DNA of 64,000 nucleotides from an uncultured Candidatus Rokubacteria bacterium. Lineage in GTDB: Bacteria; Methylomirabilota; Methylomirabilia; Rokubacteriales; CSP1-6. Of the stretch, positions 62,343 to 64,000 are shown one piece after another; the first letter of the stretch is position 1, and every line of letters begins with the position of its first letter. A program made the position numbers and the translations under genes. The stretch is taken from assembly GCA_963789955.1 (NCBI GenBank), contig CAWBMV010000011.1, forward strand, positions 17,772-81,771, given 5' to 3'. The notes beneath the pieces were generated by a model. The model was given only the letters and a program-made list of their open reading frames with translations, made no database searches and had not been told where the DNA came from.

Positions 62343-63548
62343 TCAGATCGTCTTGTCGCTCTTGAGCCGCTCCAGCTCCGCGGGGCCGAGTGACAGCCAC
62401 TCCTTGTAGACCTCGGCATTGTGCTGGCCCAGCAAAGGCGCGGGCCGCACCTGAGTGGGCGACTTCGACAGCTGCACCGGGTTCGCCGGCATCGTGAACG
62501 GGCCCCAGCCCGGATGATCGATGGTGGTGACCATGCCGCGCGCGATCAGGTGCGGATCGCTCAGGATCTCCTGCGGCACGAGCACGGCGCCCGTGGGCAC
62601 TCCGGCCTTGCCGAGATCCGCCATGACTTCGTGCTTTGTACGAGTCATCGTCCAGGCCTCGACCAGCGCGTTGACCTGGTCCTTGTGGGCGGCCCGCCAT
62701 TTGGGATCCGACCACTCCGGATGGCCGATCAGGTCGGATCGTCCGATCGTCTTGAGCAAGGACTCCCACATGTGCGGCCGCACGGGCTGGCAGTAGATGT
62801 AGGCGTAGTCGTCGCGGCCGCCAGGCTTGCAGCGATAGATACCAGAGGGCGACGTGTTGGCAATCTCGTTGCCGCGTCGCGGCTCGAAGTCGCCAGCCGC
62901 GTACGCGAGCCGCATGGCGATGCGAGAGAGATTGACGACGGCGTCCTGCATCGAGCACTCGACTTTCTGGCCTTGACCGGTCGCCTGCCGCTGCCACAGG
63001 GCGGCCATAACACCGAGTGCCGCGTGCATGCCCGTGCCCGAGTCGCCGATCGTCGGCCCCGGCTTCAGCGGCGGCGAGCCGGGAAAGCCCGTGAGCGCCA
63101 TCGCGCCGCCCGTGGCCTGCGCGATCATGTCGAAGCTCTTGTACTCGCTGTACGGGCCGTAGTTGCCGAAGCCCTTCACGGACAGATAGACCAGGCGCGG
63201 GTTCAGAGCCGAAAGCGTGTCATAGCCGAGGCCCATCTTCTCCATCCCGCCGGGCGCCTGGTTCTCAGCCACCACGTCGGCCTTCTTCACCATGTCGAGG
63301 AACATGGCCTTGCCCTGCGGATGCTTGAGGTTGAGCGTGACGCTCTTCTTGTTGGCGTTGAGCAGGAGGAAGTAGCTCGAGTCGACACCCGGCTTCTCGG
63401 CGCGACCGTAGCGTCCGGGCTCTCCCTTGCCGGGCTCCTCGACCTTAATGACCTCGGCGCCGAGCCACGCCAGCATCTGGGTGCACGACGTGCCGGCCTC
63501 GAACTGGGTGAGGTCAAGAATACGGATGCCGTTCAGCGCTGTGCTCAT
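62343..63548 (-). CDS. CaiB/BaiF CoA-transferase (formyl-CoA transferase-like), intact
   Basis: [33 protein letters not shown] (catalytic Asp), APLLGQHN. Confidence 0.9.
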   Translation of the reverse strand: MSTALNGIRILDLTQFEAGTSCTQMLAWLGAEVIKVEEPGKGEPGRYGRAEKPGVDSSYFLLLNANKKSVTLNLKHPQGKAMFLDMVKKADVVAENQAPGGMEKMGLGYDTLSALNPRLVYLSVKGFGNYGPYSEYKSFDMIAQATGGAMALTGFPGSPPLKPGPTIGDSGTGMHAALGVMAALWQRQATGQGQKVECSMQDAVVNLSRIAMRLAYAAGDFEPRRGNEIANTSPSGIYRCKPGGRDDYAYIYCQPVRPHMWESLLKTIGRSDLIGHPEWSDPKWRAAHKDQVNALVEAWTMTRTKHEVMADLGKAGVPTGAVLVPQEILSDPHLIARGMVTTIDHPGWGPFTMPANPVQLSKSPTQVRPAPLLGQHNAEVYKEWLSLGPAELERLKSDKTI

Positions 63549-64000
63549 AGTCCTTCCTCCCGTGCCGGGAATCATACCGCGATGCGGGCGCCGCCGCGTC
63601 GTGCCCGTTAGTGTCCGATCCGCGGCGTTCGCTGGTGTCGAGGCTGCGTTTCATCGCCTCGAAAGGACGTGAGCTATCCAGCCCTATCGGGCACCGTTGG
63701 CCGCAAACTCCGGCTCTTCCCGGATCGCGAACCGCGAGCGAATCTCTGGAACCTTCAGGTCGGTGCCTCTCGCAGCGCCAACCCATTCGACCGACGGAAC
63801 CAAGCGCCCTAGCCCGAGGAAGTGATCGCGCCGCCGCCACCTTCCAGCGACAGTAGCGCCGCACCCTTGTGGAAGGTCTGTTCCGTGTCGAACGCGCTCG
63901 ACGCCGTCGCTAATATCCCGACGGTAAGTAGCCCGAACGCCGCGACGCGCACCAGCGCCCCGGCCGGGACCGCACGGAGCGCTGGCGCACCAGCACGCGC

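Noticed and set aside
63780..64000. Possible exported-protein start on the minus strand (..FGLLTVGILATASSAFDTEQTFHKG..)
   Set aside because: It stops shortly afterwards and its start lies at or beyond the window edge; too little evidence to call.

Overview
High-GC bacterial window. The gene families (zinc-ribbon GAF kinase, ABC substrate-binding proteins, LLM oxidoreductases, CoA-transferases) suggest Ca. Rokubacteria/Methylomirabilota; this is inference, not a database result. Housekeeping core: tRNA-Asn, CIRCE-groES-groEL, and a minus-strand cluster tRNA-Ser(GCT)-tRNA-Arg(ACG)-tadA ... tRNA-Ser(CGA)-tRNA-Ser(GGA)-large SRP RNA-dnaX-ybaB-recR. That cluster is split by about 23 kb of accessory DNA. 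The accessory block opens with a decayed tyrosine-integrase element bounded by 23-bp att-like repeats, and the element is bracketed by two near-identical 279-bp cassettes that each encode a 70-aa Cys/Trp/Gly-rich peptide. Catabolic genes follow: formyltransferase, IlvD-family dehydratase, gluconolactonase, Mo-hydroxylase large subunit, Co-type nitrile hydratase operon, hydrolases and LLM oxidoreductases. Other loci are a NitT/TauT ABC operon, asnB plus a methyltransferase, a STAND/BTAD regulator next to a di-haem peroxidase-like gene, yitJ, a MATE pump, and a sigma54-driven type IV pilus minor pilin/PilY1 cluster. Many frameshifts, even in dnaX, and several abrupt gene truncations point to assembly errors and/or contig joins, so pseudogene calls are tentative. 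No rRNA gene or CRISPR array was seen.
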